Source: a virus. Taken from it: a stretch of 64,000 bases of DNA. Shown here piece by piece: positions 27,739 through 36,537 of this stretch. The stretch lies in IMG/VR virus record IMGVR_UViG_3300026488_000001, positions 24,756 to 88,755 of that record; one strand, given 5' to 3'. Made by a program: the position numbers and the translations under genes. Below the pieces are notes generated by a model that saw only the letters and a program-made list of their open reading frames with translations, made no database searches and had not been told where the DNA came from. The number at the start of each line of letters is the position of its first letter. Position 1 is the stretch's first letter.

Positions 27739-28059
27739 ATGGCTCTTATAGATGAGCTTAAACTTACAATAGAGAGTTGTAAATCCAAGAAAGAGTTTAA
27801 AGAAGCTCTTACTAAAGAACTTTATGATAAGATTGGAATAATACTTAGGGAATCAGCTTACTTTGATTTTGATCCTATTGATGAAGAACAAGGTACATAT
27901 ATGATTTCTATTAATGTAGCAGGCAAAGAAATAATTCAGATTAATACTAAGAAAGATGGAGAAAATATAGTTTATGATTCTTATGAGATTGATGAAGGTG
28001 GTCTTAAAGCAATGATTGAATTTATTGAGAACAAAGCTAAAGAACTTTCTAAGGAGTAA
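27739..28059 (+). CDS. leader-bearing putative internal head protein
   Basis: Starts MALIDELKLTIE. Confidence 0.6.
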   Translation: MALIDELKLTIESCKSKKEFKEALTKELYDKIGIILRESAYFDFDPIDEEQGTYMISINVAGKEIIQINTKKDGENIVYDSYEIDEGGLKAMIEFIENKAKELSKE

Positions 28060-28063
28060 GGTT

Positions 28064-28558
28064 ATGAGATTGATAGATGAACTTTATTCTCTTCTCTATC
28101 AACTTGATGAGGAACAATGGATAGACAAAGTTAAGCCCAAGTGGCATCCTCCTGAAGGGTTATTTACCAAAGACCCTGAAACAATAGCTAAAACAGTTGC
28201 AAAAGCATCTAAAGATTATAAACAAGCAGTAGCAAGAGTTAATTTCTTCTATAATAGGTATGGTTGTTCTGGTGATAGAAAAGGAGATGAGATTTGTAAG
28301 AAAAGGGAAAAGGTTTTACAACTTCTTAGAAAACTTTTTAAGGTAAAAGAAGAGGAAGCAACTAAAGTAATCATTACTTATGATGGAGAAACTTTTGATG
28401 TAGTTTATCCGAGTGGAAATGTAGAATCTTTCCAAGATGAAGTTTCTTTCCTTCAGTTTATTAGGCAAAAGAATATTAAAGGTAAAAACGGTGTAACAGA
28501 CCAGCAACTTGTAGATTGGGTTAAGGAATCTGGTTATATAGAAGCATTTTTGGGTTAG
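28064..28558 (+). CDS. leader-bearing protein with a DUF3175-like domain
   Basis: SD AAGGAG before ATG at 28064; MRLIDEL...; GLFTKDPETIA...NFFYNRYG resembles DUF3175 (from memory). Confidence 0.6.
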   Translation: MRLIDELYSLLYQLDEEQWIDKVKPKWHPPEGLFTKDPETIAKTVAKASKDYKQAVARVNFFYNRYGCSGDRKGDEICKKREKVLQLLRKLFKVKEEEATKVIITYDGETFDVVYPSGNVESFQDEVSFLQFIRQKNIKGKNGVTDQQLVDWVKESGYIEAFLG

Positions 28559-28669
28559 TAATACTAATTAGGTAAATAGTATTACCAAGTATCACTTCTT
28601 TTGATTGATTATAGGAAATTTTAAATCAAGATATTACTAAGTATTACGATTTATCTAAAAAGTAATACT
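28555..28669. repeat. 115-bp internally symmetric intergenic repeat, copy 2
   Basis: Direct repeat of 15445-15559. Confidence 0.9.
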
Positions 28670-28683
28670 GATAGGAAAGAATT

Positions 28684-28878
28684 ATGAATAAGCAGACTAT
28701 AATCAAAACCATTCTAAGACTTTCAACTTATGAACCTGATCTATATGTTATAGAAGCTAATCAACTTCTGAATTCTGCTTTGTTAATAATTGAAGAAGAC
28801 CCAATAACAGCATCTATCCTTTACAGTAGAGCTGAAAAACTCCTAACTAAGAGAAAATCTAAACTCAAGGAAAAATAG
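28684..28878 (+). CDS. hypothetical protein
   Basis: ORF directly after repeat copy 2. Confidence 0.55.
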   Translation: MNKQTIIKTILRLSTYEPDLYVIEANQLLNSALLIIEEDPITASILYSRAEKLLTKRKSKLKEK

Positions 28879-28880
28879 AT

Positions 28881-29309
28881 ATGTCAACTGTAATAGAGAA
28901 AGTTCTTTCTACAATAGGTAAAGTAACAGCTATTAGGTTAAAAGTTCTTGCTAATATCTTAGGTTTTCCTGCCGAAATTTACTATCCACAACAGTATGAC
29001 TCTCTGTTAGACGATGATGCAAAGATAACTTATAATTCTACTCCTGATGAAGTTAAGAATGTTCTTATAGCAGGAGTTTATAACAGTCCTTTTCTTTCAC
29101 CAGGTATTTTTAATTCTTTTGAAGAGTCTTTTTCTCAAGATGAAGAAATCGTTTGGTATTTATCGGGGGAGGACAATCCTCCTCCAATCGGTTCTAAAGT
29201 TGTTTTAACTATTAACAACAAGAAAATGAGTTTTCAGGTTTCTTATGTTAGAGAAGATGTAACAAGGAATGGTGCTTATTATGAAGTTTACCTAACTCCA
29301 ATGAGGTAA
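28881..29309 (+). CDS. putative head closure protein
   Basis: Position and beta-rich 142-aa size. Confidence 0.4.
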   Translation: MSTVIEKVLSTIGKVTAIRLKVLANILGFPAEIYYPQQYDSLLDDDAKITYNSTPDEVKNVLIAGVYNSPFLSPGIFNSFEESFSQDEEIVWYLSGEDNPPPIGSKVVLTINNKKMSFQVSYVREDVTRNGAYYEVYLTPMR

Positions 29310-29311
29310 GA

Positions 29312-29959
29312 ATGTTTACCAATCTAATCCTATTTGGAATTCTTAATGAAATTCAAGATTATCTCGAATCTGATTTTTCTTTCCCTTTGTTAAATTCAAC
29401 ATATAATATGAACGGAAAAACATTTCAGAAATGTTACTATTACTCGCAAGACTTGCAGTTTGAACCTGATTTGTTAAAAAGAATAGGAATATCTGATAAA
29501 CAAGAGTTCTTTGCTTTATTATTCAGAAGAAACTCTATTCAGTTGGAAAACTATCGAAGTTTTACTATAAGAGCTTATGACAAAGAATTTATCCAAACTT
29601 TAGTTGATTCAGGTTTACTTCCTAAAGACTATTCAGGAAAGGTTAGAATGGTTAATCTAACACTTCAAGTTAAACCTTATTCTAATGTAACAAGATATGT
29701 TTATGAATTTGAGGAAAACTTTTTACTTGATTGGGTAGGACACGGAAGCATCGATATTAATATTCCACTTAATAGTGAAGTAACTTTAACTACTAAGTTA
29801 GGTTACTCTTGTGAACCTTTCCAAGAGATATTAAAAGAAAATCCGTCTAAGAAAGTTTTTACAGGTAGTTTTGAAATTAATCTTGAATTTCCTTTGGTAA
29901 AACTTTCTGCTGAAAAGTATCCTTTGATTAAGGATATAAATGAAATTGTTTATGCTTAA
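29312..29959 (+). CDS. putative tail terminator/completion protein
   Basis: Position before the sheath gene. Confidence 0.4.
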   Translation: MFTNLILFGILNEIQDYLESDFSFPLLNSTYNMNGKTFQKCYYYSQDLQFEPDLLKRIGISDKQEFFALLFRRNSIQLENYRSFTIRAYDKEFIQTLVDSGLLPKDYSGKVRMVNLTLQVKPYSNVTRYVYEFEENFLLDWVGHGSIDINIPLNSEVTLTTKLGYSCEPFQEILKENPSKKVFTGSFEINLEFPLVKLSAEKYPLIKDINEIVYA

Positions 29960-29971
29960 TAGGAGGAAATA

Positions 29972-30148
29972 ATGGCTAAAAAAGAATCCAAATCAAAATC
30001 TGTTTTTCTTGTTAATCCTAACAATTTTCCTGTTACGGTTGAGTATGACGGTAAGTCAATAGTAATTTCTCCTAAACAGAAAGTAAAGGTTAGTGATGAA
30101 TCTAAAGTAGGTAAATCTACTGGAAAACTAATTAAAGTCAATGCTTAA
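29972..30148 (+). CDS. 58-aa protein missing from the ORF track
   Basis: SD AGGAGG; MAKKESKSKSVFLVNPNNFPVTVEYDGKSIVISPKQKVKV... Confidence 0.7.
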   Translation: MAKKESKSKSVFLVNPNNFPVTVEYDGKSIVISPKQKVKVSDESKVGKSTGKLIKVNA

Positions 30149-30175
30149 TAGAATGCTTATTAGGAGGTAAAAATA

Positions 30176-31789
30176 ATGTCTGCTCCTTTTGTTAATGTAG
30201 TAGAATGGGATTTGTCTCAAAGAGTTCCAGGTTTTCCTGGTGTTTATGGTGCAATGGTAATACCTGCTAAAAGAGGTGTAGTTGGAAAACCTGTTCTTAT
30301 GACTTCTCAAACTCAATACCTTAAAACTTATACTTGGAAAGAAACAGTAGAAGTTGGAGATACAACAGCTCACTTTAGTGCTTTATCTTACCTTGAAGCG
30401 TCTAATAAACTTTGGGTAATAAGAGTAGCAAACCAAGCTAAATATGGTGGTGCTTTAATTTCTACTGGCCAAGATTTAGATGGTTCTGGTTCTCCAGAAA
30501 CTACAACTGCTCTAACTTCTGGAGTTGAAGATCCTTTTGCATTCACTTTTCCTTCTAATGACTATGCTTTTGCTATATTTGGAGCTAATCCAGGAGAATG
30601 GAATAATAAAGTAGGGATTAAGATTTTTAACTATTCTACTTATCCTGATAAGGTTAAAGTTCCTAATGCTTTTCTTATAGAAGTATATGAGGAAGGAGAT
30701 GAAGTTAATCCGGTAGAAACTTTTGTATGTTCAAGAGACCCTAATGCTAAAGACGGTTATGGAAGAAATATTTATATTGAAGAAGCTCTTAAATCTTCCA
30801 ACTACATTCAAGCAGTAGATAACCTTGCAGTAGATAAGTCAATTAATCCTGAAGATGTTACTACCATACTTTGGCTTGGTGGTGGAGATGATGGACTTGC
30901 TGTAACTGATGCTGATATAGTTACAGCTCTTCAAACTCTCAAAAATCCTGATGACATACCTGTAACACTTCTTATGGATGCAGGTTGGGCAACTCCTGCT
31001 GTCCAACTCGAAATGCTCAAAATAGCAGAAGAAAGACAAGATTGTGTAGCTATTCTTTCTACACCTTATAGTGCTGAAGATTCAGCTAATTACCTTAATG
31101 AAATAGTAAATTATAGAAAGACCACTCTCAATGCTAATTCTTCTTATGGTGCTATTTATACTTCTCATGTTAAAATACTTGATAGATTTAACAATAGAGA
31201 AATTTACATTGATCCTACTGGATTTGTAGGTGGAATTATCTCTAAAACCGCTATGCAATTTGAAATTTGGTATCCACCTGCTGGTTGGAGAAGAGGAATT
31301 CTTAATGTTCTTGATGTAAGAAGAAGGTTTAGCAGAGGAGAAATGGATTATCTTTATGACAATGGAATTAACCCAATTAGGTTTAGACCTGGATATGGTA
31401 TAGCTGTATGGGGTCAAAAGACTCTTCAAACTCTTCCATCTGCACTTGATAGGCTTAATGTCAGACTTCTTCTTATTGTTATTGAACCTGCTATTAAGAA
31501 AGCACTTGAATCTTTTGTATTTGAATTTAACGATGAAACTACAAGACTTCTTGTTAAATCTATGCTTGAGTCTTACTTGCAAAACATTAAGGCAAGAAGA
31601 GGTATTTACGACTTTATGGTTAAGTGTGATGAGGAGAATAACACCCCTGAAGATATAGATAACTATAGGTTAAATGTTTGGGTATTTATTCAACCAACCA
31701 AGTCTGCTGAATTTATCAAAGTTCCTATTATCATAACAAGGACTGGAGCTAATTTTGGTCAAATAGCTTCTACTCTTCTAGGAGGTTAA
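30176..31789 (+). CDS. contractile tail sheath protein (gp18-like)
   Basis: WYPPAGWRRG, LYDNGINPI, WGQKTL, RLNVRLL, FEFND, CDEENN. Confidence 0.95.
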   Translation: MSAPFVNVVEWDLSQRVPGFPGVYGAMVIPAKRGVVGKPVLMTSQTQYLKTYTWKETVEVGDTTAHFSALSYLEASNKLWVIRVANQAKYGGALISTGQDLDGSGSPETTTALTSGVEDPFAFTFPSNDYAFAIFGANPGEWNNKVGIKIFNYSTYPDKVKVPNAFLIEVYEEGDEVNPVETFVCSRDPNAKDGYGRNIYIEEALKSSNYIQAVDNLAVDKSINPEDVTTILWLGGGDDGLAVTDADIVTALQTLKNPDDIPVTLLMDAGWATPAVQLEMLKIAEERQDCVAILSTPYSAEDSANYLNEIVNYRKTTLNANSSYGAIYTSHVKILDRFNNREIYIDPTGFVGGIISKTAMQFEIWYPPAGWRRGILNVLDVRRRFSRGEMDYLYDNGINPIRFRPGYGIAVWGQKTLQTLPSALDRLNVRLLLIVIEPAIKKALESFVFEFNDETTRLLVKSMLESYLQNIKARRGIYDFMVKCDEENNTPEDIDNYRLNVWVFIQPTKSAEFIKVPIIITRTGANFGQIASTLLGG

Positions 31790-31792
31790 TAG

Positions 31793-31819
31793 GGGTAGGA
31801 ATGTCCTACCCTTTTCTTT
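31793..31819 (+). terminator. hairpin/terminator between sheath and tube genes
   Basis: GGGTAGGA-ATG-TCCTACCC then TTTTCTTT. Confidence 0.6.
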
Positions 31820-31844
31820 AACTTGAAAAATGGAGGTTTAAATA

Positions 31845-32366
31845 ATGGCAAGACCTACTCTTTCCCAACTAAGAGCTTTACCTGATAAAAGAACAACCTA
31901 CCAATGGAATCTTACTTTTGAAACTTTTCCTTCTGCTGTTTCAACTAACTTATCATCTGAAGATATAAATCTTAGATGTATTTCTACAACAGCTCCCTCT
32001 AAGGAAGTTCAGAAGATTGAATATAACATAAGAGGATTCACACTTCACCAACCTGGAACTTATACAGTAAACTCCCCTATCGAATTTACTTTCATATCTC
32101 CTGTTGATATGAAGATTGAAGAATTCTTTAGGAATTGGAGAGAAGCCTGCACAGCTACTGATACAATGAATCATAAATCTATGGAAGAAGTTACTTGTAA
32201 TATCATTATTACCCTCCTTGATAGAGAAGATAAGCCGATATGGAAGTATAAGCTGATTGGTTGTTGGCTTTCTAAATATGAAACAGGAGATTTAAATGCT
32301 GATAATGCAGTAGCTAATACTACTGCAACTATTGAATTTATAGATTTTGAAGATGGGGCTGTATAA
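31845..32366 (+). CDS. tail tube protein (gp19-like)
   Basis: Follows the sheath; FFRNW...LLDR...YKLIGCW pattern. Confidence 0.85.
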   Translation: MARPTLSQLRALPDKRTTYQWNLTFETFPSAVSTNLSSEDINLRCISTTAPSKEVQKIEYNIRGFTLHQPGTYTVNSPIEFTFISPVDMKIEEFFRNWREACTATDTMNHKSMEEVTCNIIITLLDREDKPIWKYKLIGCWLSKYETGDLNADNAVANTTATIEFIDFEDGAV

Positions 32367-32378
32367 GAGGGATAAGAT

Positions 32379-32873
32379 ATGAGACTTTCGATTTCTAAGT
32401 TGAGAGGGTTTATACCCTCTCGTTCTTATAAATGGGATATAAAATTTCAATCGTTACCTAATTCCAAAGTTCCTAATCCTCCTGACCCTTTTTCTGATTG
32501 GTTTCCTGCTGTGTCTTGTGAAGTAGATGAACAAAATTTTAGTGAGGGAGATTTTTCAGTAGGAGGATTTTCTTTTAGTTACCCATCAAATATTAGTCTG
32601 GGTTCAGTTTCATTATCTTTTATACCAGATGAAGAAGAGAAAATAGTTGATTGGTTAAAATATCAAGAAGATTTAAGAAAACAAGGTTATCTACTATCTG
32701 ACTTAATAGTAGGATTGTATATTGTAAAGTATTCAGGTGATAATCAAATAGTTAGGTCTTATAATTTAATCGTATTTTTATCCTCAAATATAAAAAGGAG
32801 TTGGAATTCAGATAATAGTGTAGAAGTTATCCCAGTAGAATTCAAGATAGCTGGATTTCTTCAAAAGAAATGA
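32379..32873 (+). CDS. tube-fold baseplate/tube initiator protein
   Basis: Tube-like pattern (RSYKWDIKF) and position. Confidence 0.5.
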   Translation: MRLSISKLRGFIPSRSYKWDIKFQSLPNSKVPNPPDPFSDWFPAVSCEVDEQNFSEGDFSVGGFSFSYPSNISLGSVSLSFIPDEEEKIVDWLKYQEDLRKQGYLLSDLIVGLYIVKYSGDNQIVRSYNLIVFLSSNIKRSWNSDNSVEVIPVEFKIAGFLQKK

Positions 32874-32890
32874 TTGGGATGAGGTTTTAG

Positions 32891-33652
32891 ATGAAAGCAT
32901 ACACTAAAGAGGAATTTGTTAATCAAAAATCAATTCAACCGAGATTACCAGAATACAAAGTAAAAGATTTACCATCTAAGGGTATTTTCTATCCAAAAGG
33001 GTTTTCTATCAAGATTAGACCATATACATACGGGGAGATAAAATATATATCCCAATCTGATATTGGATTAAAAGACAAAATTAGGTTTATACTTGAGGGG
33101 GTAGTTACAGAAAATCTTGATAAAGAAGATTTAACTTTTTATGATTTCATCTTTCTCGGATTGCTTAGAAGATTATACTCTTTTGGAACTGAAGAATTAA
33201 AAATTACGATTACTTGTGAATGCGGTAACAGGATTGAAAAAGTTTTTGTTACTGAAGACATAGAATTTGAAGATATAAGTGTTAGTTCTTATAAGCCTAT
33301 TAAGGTAGAGTATAACGGACAAATTTTGTTAATAGATGTCTTTAGGATAAAAGATATACTGAATTCAGATTACTCTTTTGATTCTTTATCAGAGGAAGAC
33401 CAATTAGCTTTTCATATCAAGTCTTTACCATTTCAACAAGCTAAAGAATTTATATCCAATCTAATTCCTTTTGACTTACAAGAACTTGATAAAATTATTT
33501 CGAGTAGATTTTTCCATTACATAAAACCTTTCCAAATTAAATGTGACAAGTGCGGTAAAATAAATCAAGTTGACTTGATAGATGGGGTGGATTTAATTAC
33601 TCCCTTTCGTAGAAGTGAAAGAACTTCTTCATTTAGAATACTTGACGATTAA
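32891..33652 (+). CDS. tail/baseplate hub assembly chaperone (gp26-like, Zn ribbons)
   Basis: LPSKG.FYP, IRPYTYGE, CECG and CDKCG; upstream of the tape measure gene. Confidence 0.7.
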   Translation: MKAYTKEEFVNQKSIQPRLPEYKVKDLPSKGIFYPKGFSIKIRPYTYGEIKYISQSDIGLKDKIRFILEGVVTENLDKEDLTFYDFIFLGLLRRLYSFGTEELKITITCECGNRIEKVFVTEDIEFEDISVSSYKPIKVEYNGQILLIDVFRIKDILNSDYSFDSLSEEDQLAFHIKSLPFQQAKEFISNLIPFDLQELDKIISSRFFHYIKPFQIKCDKCGKINQVDLIDGVDLITPFRRSERTSSFRILDD

Positions 33653-33755
33653 ATTTGGTTTTGCTGATGCTTATACTATTAACTTTCTTGACTATGCTAC
33701 TCTTCTTTTCTTACACAAATTAGAGGCCGAATACAATGAAAAGAATAAGTCTTAG
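33602..33755 (+). other. putative +1 programmed frameshift site (CCC TTT C) and 48-codon extension
   Basis: +1 frame is open from 33606 to TAG at 33755 with no SD of its own; the -1 frame stops immediately. Confidence 0.62.
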
Positions 33756-35532
33756 TAAACTCATACCAGAAACTACATCTTTGATAGTAAGGGAAACAAA
33801 AATAGTAATTGATAGGTTGATAGGAAAATCTGAAACAGAGAACCTTCATAGGCAGTTAGAACAGATTGCTTATAAGAACAAAGCTCTAATATCAGTTATT
33901 AAAGAACTTAAACTTTCTAAAGAACAAAGAGAAACAGTTAACAAAATCATACCTATTCTTGATAAGGTTTCTACAAATATTCTCAACCGAGAGAGGATTT
34001 CTAAGGAGGAAGCTGACAAATACATAAAAGCTACTGATAAACTCGTTCAAGTTCTTAATGAGCTTCCTGATAACCTATCAGCTTCTCTAAATCCTATTAT
34101 CAGAACTCTTACTGAAGTTTTAAAGAATAGTAAAGTAAGCATTGAAACTAAATATCAAGTTTTTAAGGACACTTTAGATTCTCTTGTTGAACTTAATAAA
34201 CTACCTAAAGAGCTTGAAAAGTATCGTGGAATTGATAAGGATACTTTTCTGAAGTATCAGAAGGATATTATCAAAACCCTTGCTGATAAAAGTCTTCTTC
34301 AACAGTTTAAACAAGAGGAAAAATTTAATGATTTGATAGCTAAGTTTGATGAGTTAACTAAATCGAAAGAATTATTTGAGAAGAAGAAAGATGAAAAGTC
34401 TTTAGCTCAAAAGTTTCTTGAAAGACCTTTACAACTTGCAAGAGGAAGAGGATTTCTTAGTGGAGCAGTTGAACTTGGTTTTTCAATGCTTGGAATGCCC
34501 GGAGTAGGGCAGTTAGTTGGAGATTTGTTAGAAGGAACGATAGGAGATTACTTATTCAAAGGTTTAGGAAAAGGGTTAAGGTTTGGAGGTAAGTTATTAA
34601 AACTTGGAGGAAACAAGTTATTAGGGAAAGTAGGAGGTAGGTTAGCATTATCTACATTACCTTCCTTGCTTCCATCTATTCCTGCATTAGCTAATAGTGG
34701 AATAGGGTTATTATCTAAAGGAGTTGGATTATTAGGAGGTGCTTCAAGAATACTACCTGGAGTAGGTTTATTAGCTACTGCTGGATATTCTCTTTACAAA
34801 GGGTTTAAAGGATGGCAAAGAGCTAATGAAATATTCGGAACTGATAAAGCTACTCTTGGCCAAAAAACTTCAGCTGGTATAGGAGGAGCTTTATCAGGTT
34901 TAACTTTTGGTCTTCTTCCTGAAGATACAGTTGCTAAGTTTGTTTACAAAATAGGGGATTTAGGAGTTGAGTTTTTCAAGAAAGTATTTGACTTTAACCC
35001 TATTTTACTAACAACTAAAGTTAGCAAGTATCTTTTTAACAAAGTTCAGGATTTTGGTTCAAGTATAGCTAATGGTTTATCTTCAGTAAAAGATTTTCTA
35101 TGGAATAAGTTTACTTCAATAGGTAAGTGGTTAGAAAACACTTTCTATTTACCAAAAATACCTTCTTTACTTGAATTGATAAAGAATTTTTTAGGAAAGT
35201 TTTTACCTGGATTTAACCTGTTTGAAACTGCAAGTAAGGGTGTTAATTCTCTTCTTTCAAAAGGTATTTCTTCTGTAAAGTCATTCTTTGGGTTTGATAA
35301 TGATAATAAGAATGAACCTAAAGCAGAAGTAGTTAATCATAAGTCAACTTCTACAGTAACTCAATCTGAAAAGGTTTATGTAGAAAAGTCAAAATCTTCT
35401 GAATCTAAAGTAACTCAACCAATTGTAGTTCAACAATCACAACAAGAGAAAAAAGAAACTCCAACTATACCAACTCAAAAAGAAATTGATAGTTATGGAA
35501 TAGCATTTACTAATGCTTTGCTTTTTGATTAG
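33736..35532 (+). CDS. tape measure protein
   Basis: Helical N-terminal half plus Gly/Leu-rich hydrophobic segment; position. Confidence 0.75.
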   Translation: MKRISLSKLIPETTSLIVRETKIVIDRLIGKSETENLHRQLEQIAYKNKALISVIKELKLSKEQRETVNKIIPILDKVSTNILNRERISKEEADKYIKATDKLVQVLNELPDNLSASLNPIIRTLTEVLKNSKVSIETKYQVFKDTLDSLVELNKLPKELEKYRGIDKDTFLKYQKDIIKTLADKSLLQQFKQEEKFNDLIAKFDELTKSKELFEKKKDEKSLAQKFLERPLQLARGRGFLSGAVELGFSMLGMPGVGQLVGDLLEGTIGDYLFKGLGKGLRFGGKLLKLGGNKLLGKVGGRLALSTLPSLLPSIPALANSGIGLLSKGVGLLGGASRILPGVGLLATAGYSLYKGFKGWQRANEIFGTDKATLGQKTSAGIGGALSGLTFGLLPEDTVAKFVYKIGDLGVEFFKKVFDFNPILLTTKVSKYLFNKVQDFGSSIANGLSSVKDFLWNKFTSIGKWLENTFYLPKIPSLLELIKNFLGKFLPGFNLFETASKGVNSLLSKGISSVKSFFGFDNDNKNEPKAEVVNHKSTSTVTQSEKVYVEKSKSSESKVTQPIVVQQSQQEKKETPTIPTQKEIDSYGIAFTNALLFD

Positions 35533-35540
35533 GAGTAGTT

Positions 35541-36176
35541 ATGTTAGAAATAGAAAAACTATATTCTGATCTTAAATATACAGTCCAGATTATAGCTCCT
35601 GGTCTTGGGAGCTATCTTTTTCTTTATTCTGGTCAGTTTACTTTTTCTGGTAGTGCTGAATTTACCACTATGTTTCAATCATCAAGAATAAATCAAATTA
35701 AGCAAATAGGAATTCAAGCTCAGCAAATAGCATCTGAGTTAGGTGTAAAAAATGCAAGTCAGTTAGGAGTAATAGAGACTGTTAATCAAACTTTGGCAAT
35801 TTTTACAGGATATTCCAAACCAACTATTACAGTTCAGGTTTTAGATTATGCATATTCAAAAGATCACAATCCAGTAACAAGACTTAAACAACTTTTAAGG
35901 GCTGTTTATCCTGAAGTTGTTAATGAAGTAACAATTTCTAAACCATTTAACTATCAACCTGATCTTAAAAATCCTAAAAGTGCTAAAGGATTAGTAGGAG
36001 TTAGGGTTTCTACTTTCTTTGAAGCTCATTCTTTCTTTGTTATAAGAAATGTAAATCTATCCTTTTCACAAGAAATTTCTAAATATGGATTTCCAATTTA
36101 TGGGACTGCTGAAATAACATTTGAACCTTACAAGTTACCTTCTTTTAGTGAAGTTCAATCTTGGTTCAAGTTTTAG
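35541..36176 (+). CDS. baseplate tube-initiator-like protein
   Basis: Follows the tape measure gene; C-terminal GFPIYGTAEITF. Confidence 0.5.
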   Translation: MLEIEKLYSDLKYTVQIIAPGLGSYLFLYSGQFTFSGSAEFTTMFQSSRINQIKQIGIQAQQIASELGVKNASQLGVIETVNQTLAIFTGYSKPTITVQVLDYAYSKDHNPVTRLKQLLRAVYPEVVNEVTISKPFNYQPDLKNPKSAKGLVGVRVSTFFEAHSFFVIRNVNLSFSQEISKYGFPIYGTAEITFEPYKLPSFSEVQSWFKF

Positions 36177-36185
36177 GAGAAAAAG

Positions 36186-36533
36186 ATGTATTTTATTAAT
36201 CTCAACTATCAAGGAACACCTAAATATTCATTGGGGAGATTTTGTGAATATTTAGATGACTTATACGACGTCATTCCAAGTTATTTTCTTCAAAGATTAA
36301 GAAATTTACCTGTCAAAGGGTATCTAACAATAACTCCTGATTTGGAGTTTAGACCAGACTTACTTTCCTATAACCTTTATGGTGAAACTCAATATTGGTG
36401 GTTATTACTTTTCTATAACGATTTAATTAGTTTTGAAGATTTAGTTTCAGGGTTGGAAATAAAGTATTTTGATTTGGTTGATTTGGAATCTCTTTATCTC
36501 TCTTTGAAACCTTTAGAGTTAACCAGAGGATAA
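36186..36533 (+). CDS. baseplate wedge protein (gp53/LysM-like)
   Basis: RPDLLSYNLYG..QYWWLLL..N. Confidence 0.8.
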   Translation: MYFINLNYQGTPKYSLGRFCEYLDDLYDVIPSYFLQRLRNLPVKGYLTITPDLEFRPDLLSYNLYGETQYWWLLLFYNDLISFEDLVSGLEIKYFDLVDLESLYLSLKPLELTRG

Positions 36534-36537
36534 TTCT

